DNA from: Octopus vulgaris
Lineage: Eukaryota
Length of the DNA stretch: 64,000 nt
NCBI GenBank assembly: GCA_951406725.2
Contig: OX597815.1
Location: forward strand, 16,244,001 to 16,308,000
Direction of reading: 5' to 3'
Shown: positions 54,101 through 60,100 of the stretch, in pieces
Position numbering within the stretch: the stretch's first letter is position 1
How the letters are laid out: each line of letters opens with the position of its first letter
Made by a program: the position numbers and the translations under genes
Notes under the pieces: generated by a model
Databases searched by the model: none
What the model was told of the DNA's origin: nothing
The model's input: only the letters and a program-made list of their open reading frames with translations

Positions 54101-57100
54101 AGTCAATTATATCGACCCCAGTGCTTAACTGGTACTTAATTTATCGACCCCGAAAGGATGAAAGGCAAAGTCGACCTCGGCGGAATTTGAACTCACAACG
54201 TAACGGCAGCCGAAATACCGCTAAGCATTTCGCCCGACGTGCTAACGTTTCTGCCAGCTCGCCACTGTCATTAGTTGCTACTAACTACAGTTTTATTAGT
54301 GCTAATACAGTGTTGCAAGCTGCATGTAATTAGTGCTGCCAACACTAATCTAGTAAGTTTATACATATACTCCATCTTACCTTTTAGCATCAGATTGAAA
54401 CTGTGAAAGGACCTGTAATAAGGGCTGCGCCTCTCCATCTTGGAAATCTGAGGGATGCCTCTCTAACAAGCAGTGCATTAGCTGGAGCCTGGAAACATGA
54501 ATGGTGATAGAAGTGAGTGGAATGGGGTACATAATGTAGTAAATAGTAAAATACAGAAACAAAGTGCAGGGTGTAATTAATAACAGACAACTGGAAGCAA
54601 TAAGTTGTGCTAGAAAAGTAAAGGATGGCACTCGAGCCCCGTGCTAGTAGGGTATTAAGAGCACCATCCGAGCATGATCGTTGCCAGAGCAGCTATCTGG
54701 CCTCCGTGCTGGTGGCATGTAAAAAACACCATTCAAGTGTGATCGTTACCAGCATCGCCTTACTGGCACCTGTGCCGGTGGCATGTGTAAAAGATTCGAG
54801 CGAGGTCGTTGCCAGTACCGCCTGTCTGGGCCCCATGCAGGTGGCATGTAAAAGCACCCACTACACTCTCGGAGTGGTTGGTGTTAGGAAGGGCATCCAG
54901 CTGTAGAAACTCTGCCAGATCAAGATTGAAGCCTGGTGCAGCCATCTGGTCTGCCAGCCCTCAGTCACACATCCAACCCATGCTAGCATGGAAAGCGGAC
55001 GTTAAACGATGATGATGATGATGATGTAGCCCTTTTGAACATAGCCAATAAATACAGTGCCTTTTGTATCCCAAAAAACTGAAGCAAGTTCCTCCAACAA
55101 GCATTGCATCAGCTGAAGACTACAAGGGTTGGCTGAAAAGTTCACGGGCTGACCAAGATACTCTCGTGGAATGTGACCAAATGGGGTTTATTTTTCAACA
55201 TAGTCCCCCTTGTGGTTCACACACTTCTTCCATTGGCGTTGCTGTGCTTGGATGCCATTGGTGAAGAAGCTTTCATCATCATCGTCGTTTAACGTCCGTT
55301 TTCCATGCTAGCATGGGTTGGACGGTTCGACCGGGGTCTGGGAAGCCAGGAGGCTGTACCAGGCTCCAGTCTGATCTGGCAGTGTTTCTACAGCTGGATG
55401 CCCTTCCTAACACCAACCACTCCGTGAGTGTAGTGGGTGCTTTTTACGTGCCACCGGCACAGGTGCCAGGGGAGGCCGGCAATGGCCACAATCGGTTGGT
55501 GCTTTTTACGTGCCACCGGCATGGAAGCCAGTCAAGGTGGTGCTGGCCAAAAAGCTCATCAACAAGCATTACTGCAATACAGGTTCCCAGCCAAGTGCTT
55601 TTTCATGTTGGGGAACAGATGATAGTCAGAGGGAGCCAAATCAGTTCAAAGCCACTGTTACGCACAGCAGCCATTGAAACCAAAGACTTGTGTGCTGGAA
55701 CATCATCTTGATGAAACAAGACTCTTCTCATCAGTTTTCCCGGGCATCTGGTCTTGCTAAGTGCCTCAGCAAGTTGGAATAGTACTCTCTATTGATGGTG
55801 TAGCCCTTTTGAACATAGCCAATAAATACAGTACCTTTTGTATCCCCAAAAACCTGAGGCCATCACCTTCTCTGTAGATGAAATGACCATGGTCTTCTTT
55901 GGAGCAAGTGGGGAGGGGGGTGTTTCCATTACATGGATTGTCTCTTTGTCTCTAAGTCAAAGTGATTAACCCAGCACTCACCCTGGGTTAGGAAACGTTC
56001 AAGGAAACCAGCTGGATCTGCCATAAACAATGTCAGATTTTCCCATGATGTGATCAGCCTGGTGTGCTTTTGGTCAGGGGTCCGAATACATGACACTACT
56101 GAAATGTTTGTCATGTCAGGTTCATTGAGCAGAATATTCTCAACTCTCTCATGGGATATTTTTTACTCTCTCTTTACTTGTTTCAGTCATTTGACTGCGG
56201 CCATGCTGGAGCACCGCCTTTAGTCGAGCAAATCGACCCCGGGACTTATTCTTTGTAAGCACAGTACTTATTCTACCGGTCTCTTTTGCTGAACCGCTAA
56301 GTGACGGGGACGTAAACACACCAGCATCGGTTGTCAAGCAATGCTAGAGGGACAAACACAGACACACAAACATATACATACACACACATATATATACATA
56401 TATATGACAGGCTTCTTTCAGTTTCCGTCTACCAAATCCACTCACAAGGCATTGGTCGGCCCGGGGCTATAGCAGAAGACACGTGCCCAAGATGCCACGC
56501 AGTGGGACTGAACCTGGAACCATGTGGTTGGTTAGCAAGCTACTTACCAAACAGCCACTCCTGTGCCTATATGCTAATAGCATTGGCTATTTGATTTATA
56601 GTTAATCACCTGTCATCCGTCACCATGTGGTGAACATGATTAATGTTTTCCTTGGTGGAAGCAGTTGCAGGATGTCTGGACCTTGGATCATCATCATCAT
56701 CATCATCATCGTTTAACGTCCGCTTTCCATGCTAGCATGGGTTGGACGGTTCAACTGGGGTCTGGGAAGCCAGAAGGCTGCACCAGGCCCAGCCTGATCT
56801 CGCAAGATTCTCCCTTCCCTTTTTAAATTCAGCTGTTCACTTTTGCACTGTTAATAAAGCTAGAATGTCAACACCCAGATGTAGAAACCATGTCAGCGTG
56901 AATGTCCTTGGGGGTTAAACCCTTTTCTGCAAGTACTTGATAACATGACAATGCCAAATTTCGCCCATTTTCAAGAGAAGTTGCTTCTAGCTACTTTTGA
57001 AGTCTTCTTTGAACAGTCAGATGTTAAGTTTACTGAGAAAGAAACAATGCAGTTATTAATAAGAAAGGGTTGAAATTAAAGCATGCAAGATTTCACAGCT

Positions 57101-60100
57101 CCAGCATCATTCCTTCATAGTCAGCCTATGAACTATTCAGTGAACCCTCATATAAACATAAGTCACAGATTGAGAGGTGCTGTTCTTAGACTACTAACAA
57201 CATCCTTCTATGAATACCCTGTTGTTATTGTACTTTAAACTACATACTCAGTATATTCTTTTATTCTTTTACTTTTTTCAATCATTTGATTGTGGCCATG
57301 CTGGGGCTCTGCCCTAAAGGGATTTTAGTAGAAGAAATGCTTAGTGGTATTTCGTCTGCTGTTATGTTCTAAGTTCAAATTCCACAGAGGTTGACTTTGC
57401 CTTTCATCCTTTCGGGGTCGATTAAATAAGTACTTGTTACGCACTGGGGTCGATATAATCGACTTAATCCGTTTGTCTGTCCTCGTTTGTCCCCTCTGTG
57501 TTTAGCCCCTTGTGGGTAGTAAAGAAATAGGTATGAAGTAGGTCAGTTAACTGTCATCGTCATCATCATTGTTCAACCGTGGTCGAGACAATGGAATTTA
57601 CCATACTACGCCAGACTTCACGGTCCATCATGGCATTACGGAGGTCCTGTTGCTGGATGCCTGTATCCCTGGAGATTGCATCAGGGTAGGAAAGTGTGCG
57701 CCCTCTGGCATTACGAGTAGATGGCTTCCAGAGGAGGAGAGTAGAAATTACCTCTTTTCCAGCTCTACAACAATGTCCAGCAAACTGGACTCTCCTACCT
57801 TTCACAAGAGATGACACAGGTGGTAGTTTCCCATATATTTGCATTTTGGTTGGATGGCGCTTCCACGAGAGATTTTGAGCTCTCATAAGGAGATCAATGA
57901 ATTGTCTGAATAATCTGGTGACTGGAAGGGGTCAACAAAGGTGATGGTAGCAACAATGACGATGAGAAGAAAAATGACAAAGAGGATTGAACGATTGGTA
58001 TCTTACCAAGGAATAACTTTCTTGTTTGCTCCCACAGAACTAATTTTCTCTCTCAATTCTGATAAACCAGATTCCAGACGCTGTTTCTTGGCAACAATCC
58101 CTGACTCAGAATCATCATCAGAAGAAGTAGAGGAACTGGTTATATAGAACATCTGTAGAAACAAAAGCAAATAGCAACAATAAATTTGATTCAAGAAAAG
58201 AAAATGTCAAAAAATTAGTCATATTATCCCGCTTGCAGGATTTGAGAATGTACCATAGTTTATGTTTTATGTCTTTCCCACAGATAAGTATTTCAACTGT
58301 GAAATGGGACCAGTTTCATTTTTACTCAACAAAATGAACATGCGGTTGTATCACAAATGCAACCCCTGTACATACATAGGTTACTGTATATATGCACAAG
58401 GAACAGAAAAAAAAGAAAAGAACAGTATTGAAACTGAATCTCTTTCTTCTCTTTTACCAGCTTGAGAGTTTCGGCCATGCAGGGTCACTGCCTTTATATA
58501 GTTGTCTCATTTTTGAGCGTGGCCGTTGCCAGTATCGCCAGACTGGCCCTCATGCCGGTGGCACTTTAAAAGCACCCACTACACTCTCGGAGTGGTTGGC
58601 ACTAGGAAGGGCATCCAGCTGTAGAAACTCTGCCAGATCAGATTGGGGCCTGGTGCAGCCATCTGCTTCGCCAGTCCTCAGTCAAATCGTCCAACCCATG
58701 CTAGCATGGAGAGCGGACGTTAAACAATGATGATGATGATGATGATGCACAAGGAACAGAAAAAAAAAAGAAAAGAAACAGGTCAACTTTAGGAGGTCAC
58801 CAACATACCTGGTGATAAAGGTCAGCAGCAAACTGTACCAAATCCTTGCCCAATACTGTAACAGAGTCACGAGAACTGAAGAAGCAAAACAGAAAAGGGG
58901 GTGGTTTGTAGTGGTGGTGGGAGAGATTTGATGGTGGAGGAAAGGTTATTTAGGAAGCAAGAAGAGCAAGAGAGAATTGAGAAAGAGTGCCAGAAAAAAT
59001 GAGGAAGATATAAAGAAAGAAAGCTGAAGGAAAATTGTAAAAAATTGAGGGGGCTGAATATTAAAGAAACTTTGTAAAAGCAGGATAACTGAAATCTTTT
59101 TCATACAGATAATCAATTTTGGCTCTCATAATAATAATAATAATAATGAAATTATTGTATACAGTGCTCAGGTGCACCACAACTTGTCAAAAGTGCGTAT
59201 AAAGCATATGCAGTAATGTACAAATGCCTGGAAAGCGAACAGTGTATGAGTCAGATACATGCTTGTGTGTATATGGAGGGGAGAAAACCAGGTGTAGTGT
59301 TGGCGAATCTCAGAAAGCATGGAAGTTTTGAAGGATGCAGTGCTCCGACAACTAACAACTGATGCTGGCAGTTTGTTCCATGCTTCAGCGTGAAAAAATG
59401 TTTCCCGAAGTCATGGGAGCTGTGCTGTTTTCTGACTTTGTAAATATGTCCACGGGTGTTAGATGGGTGGAGTTTGAAAAGGTGCTCAGAGTTATTGTTT
59501 GTACGATGGTTGATAATTTTATGGGTGTCTGCCAAGTCAGCTGCCAGACGTCGGAGTTTCAATGTGTCCATGCCCAGGGAAGTAAGGTGTTCAGGATATG
59601 GCAAATGCCTGATGGAGGGTATTCTTTTGGTTGCACGTCACTGAACAGCTTCCAGACAATTGATATCCTGGGCAAGATAGGGGTGCTATGAAATAAAGCT
59701 GTTTACAGTCAGTGAATGACTCCTAGATGTTATTTTAGTTGTTGGATATATTCCTTAACTAAAATGAGCAATTTGAGCCTAAATATCTATAAAAGGTTTA
59801 ATCTATATAGTTAATGTAGCAGATGGTTGTAAGTATTAATCATTTGACTTGGTAAATATATTATACGAACCTTGATGACAACGTGTGACGAGAATTGAAT
59901 TCCTCCAGGTAATTATGAACTATTTTATACATTTTCTTCAGATGAGACTTGAAAAAAAATAAAGCAATAGACATTAATCATAACAACAATTATGATATGA
60001 TGATAATCATAATGAATTGTAAGCAATATGCTTGTAAGGAATCATAGGTAGCATGAAGCTGAATTATTTCCACTTCATGATTGATACAAATTCCTTAGAT

